A stretch of DNA of 64,000 nucleotides from assembly GCA_965261005.1 (NCBI GenBank), contig OZ253375.1:716057-780056 (forward strand), given 5' to 3'. Of this stretch, positions 1 through 10,839 are shown in pieces. Each line of letters begins with the position of its first letter. Position 1 is the first letter of the stretch. This stretch comes from Deinococcus sp. (GTDB lineage: Bacteria; Deinococcota; Deinococci; Deinococcales; Deinococcaceae). The translations under genes and the position numbers were made by a program. The notes under the pieces are model-generated. The model was not told the DNA's origin. It saw nothing but the letters and a program-made list of their open reading frames with translations, and searched no databases.

Positions 1-69
1 GCACGGCGCGCCGCCTTCCTCAAAGTCCCATGAACGCAAGTCCCGCCAACACGCGCGAGGAGAATTCGC

Positions 70-1488
<1,419 letters not shown>

Positions 1489-1515
1489 GATTTTGGATTG
1501 GGAAAAGATACTTGG

Positions 1516-1546
1516 GCGCCCCCGACTTCGGGGGCGCTATCGTTTC
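1516..1546 (+). terminator. Intrinsic terminator-like hairpin after rpoD
   Basis: GCGCCCCC-gacttc-GGGGGCGC 8-bp perfect stem followed by tatcgTTTc. Confidence 0.55.
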
Positions 1547-1549
1547 TGG

Positions 1550-2926
1550 ATGTTGGGTGGGAGCGTCTTGAACCGAACGCTGCTGTGGGGCTGGTCGCTG
1601 GGCGCCGCCCTGGTCGCCTGGGGCCACGCCCCCTTGTGGGCCGTTCTGCTGTGGGCGCTGGGGTTCGCCCTGATGCGCGGCTCAGAGACGGCGCGGGTGG
1701 CGGCGCTGACTTGGCCCCTCGGGGTGGCGGTGCTGGCGGGGGCCGCGCGCTGGCCGGACGTGCTGGCCGTGACGGGGACCTTCGCGCGCCTCGCGCTGGT
1801 GGGCGCCGCGCTGAATTTTGCCCTGGACAGGCTGGAGGAGGGAAGCGTCTGGGGGCTGGGCCTGCTAACCGCCGTGTGGCTGTTCGCGCCCACGCCGCTA
1901 GGTTTGATTGGCCTGCTGCTGTGCGCAGCGCTGTACGGCGAGTCGCGCCAGCGCGGGCGGGTGGGCGTGCGCTCGCGCCCGGCTTTGATTCTGCTGGGCG
2001 GCGTGGCGCTGGGGCTGGGCCTTTTCGCGCTGGCGTTGCCGAGGGCGGAGTTGCCGTGGCAACGTTCCGGCGCAGTTTCCCGAACGGTTCAGGCGCCGGC
2101 ACCACCAATCCGTTCTGCCCAAGACCGCTCCCCCACCGAAGCCCCGACCGGTCAGCCGACGGCCCGCCGCCTCAATTTCGCGCCCGCTCAAGTTCCCCTC
2201 TCGCTGCGCCTGATCGGCGCTTTGCTGCCCTACCTGCTGCCGCTGTTTCTGGCGGTGTTCACCTTGGCGCTAATTCAGCTGCTGCGCCACCGGGAGCGCT
2301 GGACCAAGGCTCGAAGACACTGGAGCGACTACGTCGCCGCCTTCGCCCTTGCCGGCTCGCTGCTGATGGGCCTACTAGCCGCCTTGGTGTGGCAGCGCTC
2401 GGGAGGGTCTGGAAACGCCTTATTAAGCAATCCGCCGGGCGCCGGGGGCGCGGGCGGCGCCGCGCTCCAGAACACCGCGCCGGGTTGGGCGGGCGCGGCG
2501 GCGGGAGCATTCGGCTGGGTCTTGTTGGCCGGGCTGGCGCTGATGTTCGCCGCCCTGATCGTGCTGGCCGTGCAATTGTTGCGCGCGGGACCGGAGAAGA
2601 ACTTGGCCGTTTCAGGCGATGAAGAGACCATCACCCCTCCCCCGCCCGCCGAACCCGCCGCGCGGGTGCGCGCCGCCTACCGCGCCATGCTGGGCGCCCT
2701 GGCGGGGGCGGGCGTGGCCCGCGCCCCGCAGGAGACGCCGGGGGAATTGGCGGCGCGGGCCGGCGGGCAGTTTCCCGGCGTAGAGGGCGACATCGCGCGG
2801 CTCACGGGCCTCTACCAGCCGGTGCGCTACGGCGCGCGGCCGGACGACGAGGGCGCGGGCGAGGCCGAGGCGGCCCTCGCGCGGGTGCGGGCGGGGCTGG
2901 ACACTCAACAGAAGGAGACCTCATGA
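1550..2926 (+). CDS. Multi-pass membrane protein with C-terminal DUF4129-like domain (MoxR-operon partner)
   Basis: Hydrophobic helices throughout. C-terminal RVRAAYRAMLGALAGAGVARAPQETPGELAARAG...LYQPVRYG resembles DUF4129. Stop overlaps the MoxR start (ATGA). Start moved to ATG 1550 because ORF start 1493 overlaps the rpoD terminator. Confidence 0.7.
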   Translation: MLGGSVLNRTLLWGWSLGAALVAWGHAPLWAVLLWALGFALMRGSETARVAALTWPLGVAVLAGAARWPDVLAVTGTFARLALVGAALNFALDRLEEGSVWGLGLLTAVWLFAPTPLGLIGLLLCAALYGESRQRGRVGVRSRPALILLGGVALGLGLFALALPRAELPWQRSGAVSRTVQAPAPPIRSAQDRSPTEAPTGQPTARRLNFAPAQVPLSLRLIGALLPYLLPLFLAVFTLALIQLLRHRERWTKARRHWSDYVAAFALAGSLLMGLLAALVWQRSGGSGNALLSNPPGAGGAGGAALQNTAPGWAGAAAGAFGWVLLAGLALMFAALIVLAVQLLRAGPEKNLAVSGDEETITPPPPAEPAARVRAAYRAMLGALAGAGVARAPQETPGELAARAGGQFPGVEGDIARLTGLYQPVRYGARPDDEGAGEAEAALARVRAGLDTQQKETS

Positions 2927-3852
2927 ACGAGTTCGCCCAACGTCTCATCGGCAACGTCGCCCGCGTCCTGATCGGCAAGGAGGAGGTGACGCGCCTGGCC
3001 CTGGCCGGCGTGCTGGCCGGCGGCCACTTGCTGCTCGAAGACGCCCCCGGCACCGGCAAGACCATGCTGGCGCGCGCCCTGGCCGTGAGCCTCGGCCTGA
3101 CCTTCAAGCGGGTGCAGTTCACGCCGGATTTGCTGCCCTCGGACATCACCGGCGTGAGCGTGTACCGGGACGGCGCTTTTGAGTTCGTGCCGGGGCCGAT
3201 CTTCGCGGGCGTGCTGCTGGCCGACGAGATCAACCGCGCCACCCCCAAGACCCAGAGCGCCTTACTGGAGGCGATGGGCGAGGGCCAGGTCAGCGAGAAC
3301 GGCGTGACCCACGTCCTCACCCAGCCCTTCGTGGTGGTCGCCACCCAGAATCCCATCGAGTTCGAGGGCACCTTCCGGTTGCCCGAGGCCCAGCTCGACC
3401 GCTTTCTCTTCAAGCTGTCGGTCGGCTACCCCACCCCGCAGGAGGAGGCCGCCATGCTCGACCGTTTGCGTGAGCGCCACCCCATCGAGACTTTACAGCC
3501 CGTCTCGGACGGCGCCGAGCTTCTTTCGGCGCGTGAAGGGGTGCGGCGCGTTCACGTCTCACCCGAGCTGCGCGCCTATCTGGCCACCCTAAGCGCCAGG
3601 ACGCGCGAACACGCCGACCTGGCCCTGGGCGCCGGGCCGCGCGCCAGCTTGGCGCTTCAGGCGGTGGCGCAGGCCCTGGCGTGGCAGGACGGGCGGGCCT
3701 ACGTCACCCCCGACGACGTGAAGACGGCCGCCCCCGGCGTGCTGGCCCACCGCCTCTCGTTGCGCACCGAGGCCCGCCTGCGCGGCGTGCGGGCGGAGCA
3801 AATCGTGGCCGAGGTGCTGGGGGCAGAGCCAGTTCCGGTCGAGCAGGGATAA
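2923..3852 (+). CDS. MoxR-family AAA+ ATPase
   Basis: Walker A LLEDAPGTGKT, Walker B VLLADEINRATPKTQSALLEAM, FVVVATQNPIEFEGTFRLPEAQLDRF. Confidence 0.92.
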   Translation: MNEFAQRLIGNVARVLIGKEEVTRLALAGVLAGGHLLLEDAPGTGKTMLARALAVSLGLTFKRVQFTPDLLPSDITGVSVYRDGAFEFVPGPIFAGVLLADEINRATPKTQSALLEAMGEGQVSENGVTHVLTQPFVVVATQNPIEFEGTFRLPEAQLDRFLFKLSVGYPTPQEEAAMLDRLRERHPIETLQPVSDGAELLSAREGVRRVHVSPELRAYLATLSARTREHADLALGAGPRASLALQAVAQALAWQDGRAYVTPDDVKTAAPGVLAHRLSLRTEARLRGVRAEQIVAEVLGAEPVPVEQG

Positions 3853-3855
3853 GGG

Positions 3856-4962
3856 ATGAGCTGGCTCCCCTGGCTGGCCCTGCTGGTCATCCTGATCGTC
3901 GTAACGCTGCTGACCTACCGACGCCCGCCGCAGGTGCGGCTCACGCGCGAGCTGCCGCCGGGCGTGTTCGAGGGCGGGGAGGTCGGGCTGAAGGTGACGC
4001 TTCATGTGCGCGCCCCCCTGCCGGTGCGGGTGTACCTGGCCGACCCGCCGCCCAGAACCCTGGTGCCGGACGTGGCGCTCGACTTCGGCGGCCTGCTGCG
4101 GGGCGAGGGGCAGTACGAATTGACCGCCCGCCTCAAGGCCAATAAGCGCGGCGTGTACGCTTGGCCGGGGGCGCGGCTGCGCTGGGCCGATCCCTTCGGG
4201 CTGCGCTGGCGCGAGGTGGCCTTACCGCACGAGACCCAGCTGGAGGTCTACCCCGGCGCCCACGGTCTGAAGCTGCCCAACCTGCTGCGTCCGTTGCTCT
4301 CGGATGGCGAGCTGACCCGCAGCTTGGGCCTCGACGACCCGCTCAGCTTGCGCGGCGCCCGGCCCTACCAACCGGGAGACCCGCCCGCCAGAATGTCGTG
4401 GAAGCTCAGCGCCCGCGCCGGCACCCCCATGGTCCGTGAGCTGGAGCGCACTGCCAGCGGCACGCTGCACGTTCACCTCGACACACAAGGTGGCGAGACG
4501 TACCTCGACAGCGCCGCCCGGCTGGCCGCCAGCCTGCTGCTGGAGGCGCAGGAGCTGCGGCTGCCGGTCGCCGTCAGCACGCCCACCGGGGCGACCGAGC
4601 CGGGCACCTCGCACGAAGCCCTGCGGCGCGCCCTGCGCCTGCTGGCGGAGGTGCGGGCCTCGGACGCCGAGCCGAATATTCCCATGCCGAGGCGCGGCAG
4701 CAACCTGATCGTGGTGACGAGGGACGCGAACAATACCGTGGTGGAGGCCGCCCTGCGCACCCGCGCCGAGGCGGGCCGGGTGGTGCTGGTCGTGCTACCG
4801 GAGGGGTTTTACCTGGAACCCGGCGAGCTGGGCCGCCCTCTGCACGGCGCCCCGCCGGAGGGCGTGCGTGACCTCACGCGGCGCGCGGGCGTCCTGGCCG
4901 AGTCGGGCGTGCTGGTCTTCGTGCTACGCGGGAACCAAAGCGTGCTGCGGCTGGGCGGCTGA
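3856..4962 (+). CDS. DUF58 domain protein (MoxR-associated, vWA-like)
   Basis: N-terminal TM helix. Motif RGARPYQPGDPPARMSWKLSAR is typical of DUF58. Position is immediately after MoxR. Confidence 0.85.
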   Translation: MSWLPWLALLVILIVVTLLTYRRPPQVRLTRELPPGVFEGGEVGLKVTLHVRAPLPVRVYLADPPPRTLVPDVALDFGGLLRGEGQYELTARLKANKRGVYAWPGARLRWADPFGLRWREVALPHETQLEVYPGAHGLKLPNLLRPLLSDGELTRSLGLDDPLSLRGARPYQPGDPPARMSWKLSARAGTPMVRELERTASGTLHVHLDTQGGETYLDSAARLAASLLLEAQELRLPVAVSTPTGATEPGTSHEALRRALRLLAEVRASDAEPNIPMPRRGSNLIVVTRDANNTVVEAALRTRAEAGRVVLVVLPEGFYLEPGELGRPLHGAPPEGVRDLTRRAGVLAESGVLVFVLRGNQSVLRLGG

Positions 4963-4983
4963 GCGGGTGGGGTAGGGTGAGCT

Positions 4984-5601
4984 ATGACCCACATTCGGGC
5001 ACTCTTTTGGGACATCGGCGGGGTGCTGCTCAGCAACGGCTGGGACCGCGACCAGCGCGCCAAGCTGGTCGAGCAGTTCGCCCTCGACCCCGAGGACTTT
5101 GGGGAGCGGCACAAGCTGATTGTGCCCGAGTTGGAGGCCGGGCGCCTGACGCTGGACGCTTACCTCGACCAGACGATCTTTTTTCAACGCCGACCCTTCA
5201 GCCACGAGGACTTCGTTCAAGCCCTTTTCGCCCAAAGCCAGCCCCATCCCGACACGCTGGTCCTGGCGCGCAAGTTGGCCGGACTCGGGCAGGTGCGCAT
5301 GTACTCGCTGAACAACGAGTCGCGCGAACTCAACGCCCACCGCATTGAGACCTTCAAGCTGAACGACTTTCTGCTGGGCTTTTTCAGTTCCTGCTACCTG
5401 GGCATGACCAAGCCCAGCCCGCTGATCTACAAATTGGCCCTCGACCTCGCCCACGTCGCTCCGGGGGAGGCCGTCATGATTGACGACCGCATCCAGAACG
5501 TGGAGGCGGCGCGCCGGGTGGGCATGCACGCCGTGCAGTACCAGGAGGCAGGGCAGCTCGCGGCGGCGCTGGCAGAGCTGGGGGTGGCGCTTCCCGCTTG
5601 A
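4984..5601 (+). CDS. HAD-superfamily hydrolase (subfamily IA-like)
   Basis: LFWDIGGVLL (motif I variant), SLNNES, KPSPLIYKLA, MIDDRIQNVEAARRVGM. Confidence 0.8.
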   Translation: MTHIRALFWDIGGVLLSNGWDRDQRAKLVEQFALDPEDFGERHKLIVPELEAGRLTLDAYLDQTIFFQRRPFSHEDFVQALFAQSQPHPDTLVLARKLAGLGQVRMYSLNNESRELNAHRIETFKLNDFLLGFFSSCYLGMTKPSPLIYKLALDLAHVAPGEAVMIDDRIQNVEAARRVGMHAVQYQEAGQLAAALAELGVALPA

Positions 5602-5619
5602 GTTGGTCGAATGGTCATG

Positions 5620-6069
5620 TCACCCGGTCGCCTTGCCCGTCCAGAGATTAAACACGGCAACGGGAAAAACGAGGAAGTCGGCCGTGTTACGCGTCACCAC
5701 CGTCAGGCGATGGGCGCTGGCGGTGGCGGCCAATTGGGAATCCAACAGGGCGGGTGGCTGCCTCCGAACGGTCTCCGCGCCCATCAAACGGCCCCACTCG
5801 CGCGCCACATTTAGGTCGAACGGCAACACGTTTTGTCCAAAGCGGGGCAGCACCGTCGCTTCCAGCCACGTTCGCAGACGTTGCGCCCTGACCGGCTCAC
5901 GGTTTTGAAGGAGGGTGATGCCGCGTTCCAGCTCTGCCACCGACACGGCGCTGACAAAGGTCTGGCTCAGGTCAAGGCGACCCAGATAAGCTGTCACGCC
6001 AGGGTCCGGCTTAGCTTTGGAGGACTCGCTGACAATGTTGGTATCCAGCAAAACGGGCGTGATGGACAA
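5620..6069 (-). CDS. vapC: PIN-domain ribonuclease toxin (VapC-type)
   Basis: N-terminal LLDTNIVSE acidic motif. About 149 aa. Lies directly downstream of a small antitoxin gene. Confidence 0.85.
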   Translation of the reverse strand: MSITPVLLDTNIVSESSKAKPDPGVTAYLGRLDLSQTFVSAVSVAELERGITLLQNREPVRAQRLRTWLEATVLPRFGQNVLPFDLNVAREWGRLMGAETVRRQPPALLDSQLAATASAHRLTVVTRNTADFLVFPVAVFNLWTGKATG

Positions 6070-6071
6070 GG

Positions 6072-6335
6072 CTACAAGTCCAGTTCACGCAAACCGCCGC
6101 TGCGGTCACGCTCCAGCCAGTCCTCGTCCGGCATGTCGCTAAAGTCAAAGTCACCGCGCAACGCGTTGAGGGCGCTTTGCGGACGTTTTGACTCTAAAAT
6201 CTGTTCTGTAGGCGCCGGAGTCACCACGGCCACGGGTTTGCCGTGCCTGGTGATGACCTGGGCCTCCTTTTCGGCTGCGCGGATCAGTTGCGAAAGGTTC
6301 GCTTTGGCGTCCTCCATTTTCCAGATTTTGGTCAT
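6072..6335 (-). CDS. Type II antitoxin (Phd/YefM-like)
   Basis: 87 aa. AKANLSQLIRAAEKE...VITRHGKPVAVV is typical of Phd/YefM N-terminal domains. 2-nt gap to the PIN gene. Confidence 0.75.
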   Translation of the reverse strand: MTKIWKMEDAKANLSQLIRAAEKEAQVITRHGKPVAVVTPAPTEQILESKRPQSALNALRGDFDFSDMPDEDWLERDRSGGLRELDL

Positions 6336-6383
6336 CCTGACCTCCTATTCAGGTCAGTTTACCCCTGTTTCCGCACAGAATTT

Positions 6384-6809
6384 TCAGGCGTCTTGCAAGG
6401 TCAGCTTTACATCCACGTTGCCCCGCGTCGCCCGGCTGAAGGGGCAGACCTCGTGGGCGTCCTGGATCAGCTGTTCGGCCTGCTCGCGCGCCATGCCAGG
6501 CACCTTGACCAGCAGCTCCACCTCCAGCGCGTAGCCCACGCCGTCGCGCCTCAGGCCCACCTGCGCTGTCACCGTGGTCGTGCCGAACTCGGGCAGCTTG
6601 TCGCGGCGGGCGACCGCGCCCATCGCGCTTTGAAAGCAAGCCGCGTAGCCGGCGGCGAACAGTTGCTCGGGGTTGGTGCCGACGCCGCCTGAGCCGCCCA
6701 ACTCCCCGGGCACGCTCAGCTGAACGGCAAGGTGGTGGTCGGGCGTCTCGATGTGGCCGGCGCGCCCGCCGTGCGCGGTGGCCTCGGTGTGGTAGATGAT
6801 GTCGCTCAT
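6384..6809 (-). CDS. ohr: Organic hydroperoxide resistance protein (Ohr, OsmC superfamily)
   Basis: TNPEQLFAAGYAACFQSA and AHEVCPFSRATRGNVDV contain the two catalytic Cys motifs of Ohr. Confidence 0.9.
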   Translation of the reverse strand: MSDIIYHTEATAHGGRAGHIETPDHHLAVQLSVPGELGGSGGVGTNPEQLFAAGYAACFQSAMGAVARRDKLPEFGTTTVTAQVGLRRDGVGYALEVELLVKVPGMAREQAEQLIQDAHEVCPFSRATRGNVDVKLTLQDA

Positions 6810-6859
6810 GGGGGCAGGCTAATGGGCGCGGGGCGTAAGGTGGGTCGGGGCGGTCACAC

Positions 6860-7534
6860 ATGAAGGAAATAAAAAGCGGCGTGCTGATGCAGGCCAGAAA
6901 CCTGCGGCGCACCTTGAACGGGCGGACGTTGTGGCAGGATTTGAACCTGGATTTGTGCGCTGGCGAAAGCGTCGCGTTAACTGGCCCCTCGGGGTCGGGC
7001 AAGAGCCTGTTGCTGCGCGCCCTCTCGGGGCTGGACCCTTTGGAGGCGGGTGAAGTGGTATTGGGAAGCAAAGCGCAGTGGGACTGGGCCATGCCGGCGT
7101 ACCGCTCGCGGATGATGTACCTGCCCCAGCGGCCGGCACTTTTTGAGGGCGCGGTGCTAGACAATTTGGGTCGTCCGTTTGCTTTGGCGGCGCGGCGGGG
7201 GCAAGAGCTGAATCGGGCCGAGTTGGACCTGCTGCTGGCGAAGTTCGGGCGCGATCAAGCTTTTTTACAGCTCGACACCGTGACCTTGTCGGGCGGCGAG
7301 GGGCAGATCGTGGCCCTGCTGCGGGCACTGCTGCTGAATCCGGGCATCCTGCTGCTCGACGAGGCGACCTCCGCCCTCGACCCCGATACCGTCCGCGTCG
7401 CCGAGCGGCTGCTGCTGGACTGGTCGCGGGAGGGACCGGAACGCGCCCTTCTCTGGGTCAGCCACGACCCGGCGCAACGGGCGCGGGTAGCTTCACGCGA
7501 AATGTCCATTCACATGAGCGAGGTCGCCCCGTGA
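6860..7534 (+). CDS. ABC transporter ATP-binding protein (FetA/YbbL-like)
   Basis: Walker A GPSGSGKS, signature LSGGEGQ, Walker B LLLDEATSALD. Overlaps the downstream UPF0014 permease gene. Confidence 0.85.
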   Translation: MKEIKSGVLMQARNLRRTLNGRTLWQDLNLDLCAGESVALTGPSGSGKSLLLRALSGLDPLEAGEVVLGSKAQWDWAMPAYRSRMMYLPQRPALFEGAVLDNLGRPFALAARRGQELNRAELDLLLAKFGRDQAFLQLDTVTLSGGEGQIVALLRALLLNPGILLLDEATSALDPDTVRVAERLLLDWSREGPERALLWVSHDPAQRARVASREMSIHMSEVAP

Positions 7535-8325
7535 GCGTGCCCATCAACACCTGGCAGCTGGTCGCGGCGGCGACCCTCTTGACCCTCAACGTCGCGCTGT
7601 CGGCCTCGCTGCGCCTCGGGCTGGGGCGCGAGGTCGTCATTGCGGGGGGGCGCATGGTGGCGCAGCTGCTCCTGGTGGGCCTGATTCTGGGCTGGGTCTT
7701 CGCGCTGCGCACGCCCCTGCCGGTGTTGGGCATCGGCTTACTCATGACGCTGCTGGCGGGGCAGGCGGCGGTGGGCCGCGTCAGGCAGCGCTACGCGCGC
7801 ATCTACCTGGACGCCTTTTTGGCCATCTTCGGCAGCTCCTTTGTGCTGACCGGCCTCGCGCTCACGGGCATTCTGCGGGTGCAGCCGTGGTTCGAGCCGC
7901 GCTACGCGATTCCGATTCTGGGCATGGTCCTGGGCAATACCCTGACCGGCGTATCTCTAGCGCTGGAGCGCTTCACGGGCGACCTGAGCGCGCGCCGCTC
8001 CGAGATCGAGGGCTTGCTCGCGCTGGGCGCGACGCGCTGGGAGGCGGCCCACGCAAGCGTCGCGGCGGCGGTGCGCACCGGCATGATCCCGACGCTCAAC
8101 AGCATGGCCGTGATGGGCGTGGTGAGCCTGCCGGGCATGATGACCGGGCAGATTCTGGCGGGCGCCTCGCCAGATACGGCGGTGCGCTACCAGATCGTCA
8201 TCATGTTCATCCTGGCGGCCAGCAGCGCCCTGGGCAGCTTGGGCGTCGTGCTGCTGGCCTACCGCGCCTGCTTCGACGCCCGTGACCGGCTCAGAATGGA
8301 GCGGCTGACCCAAAGAGTGCGCTGA
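7531..8325 (+). CDS. ABC transporter permease, UPF0014 (FetB/YbbM-like putative iron exporter)
   Basis: Polytopic. IEGLLALGATRWEA and IPTLNSMAVMGVVSLPGMMTGQIL are typical of the YbbM family. 4-nt overlap with the ATPase gene. Confidence 0.8.
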   Translation: MSVPINTWQLVAAATLLTLNVALSASLRLGLGREVVIAGGRMVAQLLLVGLILGWVFALRTPLPVLGIGLLMTLLAGQAAVGRVRQRYARIYLDAFLAIFGSSFVLTGLALTGILRVQPWFEPRYAIPILGMVLGNTLTGVSLALERFTGDLSARRSEIEGLLALGATRWEAAHASVAAAVRTGMIPTLNSMAVMGVVSLPGMMTGQILAGASPDTAVRYQIVIMFILAASSALGSLGVVLLAYRACFDARDRLRMERLTQRVR

Positions 8326-8327
8326 GG

Positions 8328-9659
8328 TCAGTCATTGGCCCCCATCGGCGCCTCACGCTGTCCCTCTCCCGCCGACTGGCCCCCGGCTGACTGCCGCAGC
8401 GCGCCCAGCAATTGCACGCCGGTGGCGGTCTCGACTTGCTCCATCAGGTTCACGATGGCGGCGGGCATGTTGCCGACGGCGCTTTGATAGCCGCGCCCGC
8501 TGCCGGAGTCGATCACGCTCAGCTTGTCCACCTGCACCTCGCGCACGCTTTGGGCGAACTCGCGCACGATGTCGGGCAGCATGTTGAGGACGTAGGCGCG
8601 CTCGCCGCCCTCGCCCGTCTTGGCGAAAGCCTCGACCATCAGGCGCACCGCCTCAGCCTTGGCGCGGCCCCCCTCGATGATGGGGGCGGCCTCGGCCTGG
8701 GCTTGGAGCAGCCTCGCCTCGCGCTCGGCGCGCGCCGGGGTGACCACGTCGGCCTCGAAGCGCTTTTTATTCAGCAGAATGCGGTCCTCTTCCAGGGCCT
8801 GCTCGGCCTGCACCTTGGCGCGCACGCCGGCCACGGCGGCCTCGTTCTCCTTGGCGACCGCCACGGCACCCAACTCGGCGGTGCGGACGCGCAGCTTGTT
8901 CTGCTCCTCGATGATGGCCTGCTGCGCGATGGCCTGCGCCACCTGGGCGCGCTGCTTGCCGCGCGACTCGGCCTCGGACGCCTCGGCGTCGCGCTCGGCC
9001 TCGGCCACCCGCGCCTCCTTGAGGACGTTGGCGGTTTCGCGCCGCCCCAGGGAATCGAGGTAGCCATTCTGGTCCGAGACGTTCTGAATCTTGAGGGTGT
9101 CGAGCTGCATGCCCAGGTTGTGCATGTCGTGTTCGGCCTCCTGAATCAGCTCTTCGGCGAAGCGCAGGCGGTCGGCGTTGATCTGCTCGGGCGTCAGGGT
9201 CGCCACGGCGCCGCGCAGGTTTCCCTCCAGGGTATCGCGCGTGATGGTGGTGATGTTTTCGCGCCGCACGTCCAGAAAGCGCTCGATGGCGTTCGACAAG
9301 TACGGCTCACGCGCGCTGATCTTGACGTTGGCGACCGCGTGAATGGTCAGGGGAATGCCACCCTTGGAATAGGCGTTCTGAATGGTGAGATCGAGCGGAA
9401 TGGTCGTCAGGTCCATCCAAGCGATTCTCTCCAACAAGGGAACGCGAAAGGCGCGCCCGCCGCGAATCACCCGGTAGCCGAGGGTGTCCCCCTCGTCGGT
9501 GCGGCGCGTTCTGCCGGAGATGACCAGCACCTTGTTGGGCGGCACCACGATCAGGAGGTTTTGAACGGCGAGAATCACCAGAATCACGCCCAGCACGATC
9601 AAGCCGATCAACACGATCAGTTCCATAGCACGCTCCTTTTTTTCTACAGCCCGTCCCAA
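8328..9659 (-). CDS. Flotillin / SPFH (band 7) domain protein
   Basis: N-terminal TM helix, SPFH core (RVIRGGRAFRVPLLERI...), long Ala/Glu-rich coiled-coil region. Confidence 0.9.
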   Translation of the reverse strand: MGRAVEKKERAMELIVLIGLIVLGVILVILAVQNLLIVVPPNKVLVISGRTRRTDEGDTLGYRVIRGGRAFRVPLLERIAWMDLTTIPLDLTIQNAYSKGGIPLTIHAVANVKISAREPYLSNAIERFLDVRRENITTITRDTLEGNLRGAVATLTPEQINADRLRFAEELIQEAEHDMHNLGMQLDTLKIQNVSDQNGYLDSLGRRETANVLKEARVAEAERDAEASEAESRGKQRAQVAQAIAQQAIIEEQNKLRVRTAELGAVAVAKENEAAVAGVRAKVQAEQALEEDRILLNKKRFEADVVTPARAEREARLLQAQAEAAPIIEGGRAKAEAVRLMVEAFAKTGEGGERAYVLNMLPDIVREFAQSVREVQVDKLSVIDSGSGRGYQSAVGNMPAAIVNLMEQVETATGVQLLGALRQSAGGQSAGEGQREAPMGAND

Positions 9660-10153
9660 CGGCGCACGTCCACCCGGCCACCCTCGGCGGCGATCACGAT
9701 GACCGGCTCGCCCGGTTGCAACTGGTCGGGGCTGGTCGCCAGCACGTCCTCGGACTGGCCGGCGACCAGCAGGCGGACCTTGCCCACTTGGCCCGGCGCG
9801 GGCGGCACCAAGACCGTGCCGGTGCGCCCGGCCAATTCACCCACGCGGGTGTCCAGTTCGCTGCGCCTTGCGAACGAGAACAGCCAGCCGGCCACCGCGC
9901 CCACGCTCAGCCCCGCCGCCACCGCGAACAGGAACTGCGCCGATCCGGCGAGGCCGATCAATCGCGCGACCACCCCGCCGAGGCCGAAAAAGGCCAGGGC
10001 GAACACCAGGGCGCGAAAGTTCAGCCAGCGCAATACCTCGCCCGTCCCGGCGTGGTCCGCGTCCGCGTGAACGTCGCCGTCATGCCCCGCCAGCAGCGAC
10101 ACCGCCAGCAGCGTTCCGCCCAGCGCCAAACAGATCCAGTAGAGGGTGGTCAT
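9644..10153 (-). CDS. NfeD/YqiJ-like membrane protein (flotillin partner)
   Basis: Start taken at MTTLYWICLALGG. Has three TM helices plus a C-terminal beta domain (GRTGTVLVPPAPGQVGKVRLLVAGQSEDVLA). Overlaps the flotillin gene by 16 nt. Confidence 0.7.
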   Translation of the reverse strand: MTTLYWICLALGGTLLAVSLLAGHDGDVHADADHAGTGEVLRWLNFRALVFALAFFGLGGVVARLIGLAGSAQFLFAVAAGLSVGAVAGWLFSFARRSELDTRVGELAGRTGTVLVPPAPGQVGKVRLLVAGQSEDVLATSPDQLQPGEPVIVIAAEGGRVDVRRWDGL

Positions 10154-10200
10154 GGTGGCCTCGGAAATGAGTACGCGCCGGGGGCCGCAGGAGTTGCGCT

Positions 10201-10839
10201 TTACGGCGTCAGACGCTCGGTTGACCAACGCTCGCCCTGCCGTGTGTACACAAAGCGGTCGTGCAGGCGCCCCTTGCGCCCCTGCCAAAACTCGAAGGTT
10301 GAGGGAATCACCCGGTAGCCGCCCCAATGCTCTGGCCGGGGAACGTCGGCGGAATACTCGCGTTCCAAGGCCCCAAAGCGGTCCTCCAGCGCCTCCCGGT
10401 TTTCTATCGGCGCGCTCTGAACGCCGCTGGCGTGGGCGGCCAGCTGGCTGGCGCGCGGCCGCTTGGCGAAGTAGGCGTCCGACTCGCCGGAACTGACCCT
10501 TTCCACCCGGCCCGAGAGGCGCACCTGCCGCTCCAGGTTGGGCCAGTAGAACAGCAGGGCGGCCTGGGGGTTCTGCGCGAGGTCGCGTCCCTTCCCGCTG
10601 TCGTAGTTGGTGTAGAACACGAAGCCCTCCCCGGTGTAGCCGCGCAGCAGCACCGTGCGCGCGCTGGGCAAGCCGTCCGCGTCCGCCGTGGCGACCGTGA
10701 CCGCGTACGGCTCGCTGAGGTCGGAGGCGAGCGCCTGCTCGAACCAGGTTCGGAACTGCGTCACGGGATCGGGGTTGAGGTCGGCGCGGCGCAGCTCGCC
10801 GGCGGCGTAGTCCTTGCGCAAGCTGGTGAGGTCGGTCAT
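10201..10839 (-). CDS. pdxH: Pyridoxamine 5'-phosphate oxidase
   Basis: [57 protein letters not shown]. Confidence 0.93.
   Translation of the reverse strand: MTDLTSLRKDYAAGELRRADLNPDPVTQFRTWFEQALASDLSEPYAVTVATADADGLPSARTVLLRGYTGEGFVFYTNYDSGKGRDLAQNPQAALLFYWPNLERQVRLSGRVERVSSGESDAYFAKRPRASQLAAHASGVQSAPIENREALEDRFGALEREYSADVPRPEHWGGYRVIPSTFEFWQGRKGRLHDRFVYTRQGERWSTERLTP

Noticed and set aside
8412-10070. 552-aa plus-strand ORF overlapping the flotillin and NfeD genes
   Set aside because: Antisense shadow ORF. The composition is dominated by G/A/L/H/D repeats with no recognisable domain, and the opposite strand encodes well-supported SPFH and NfeD proteins.
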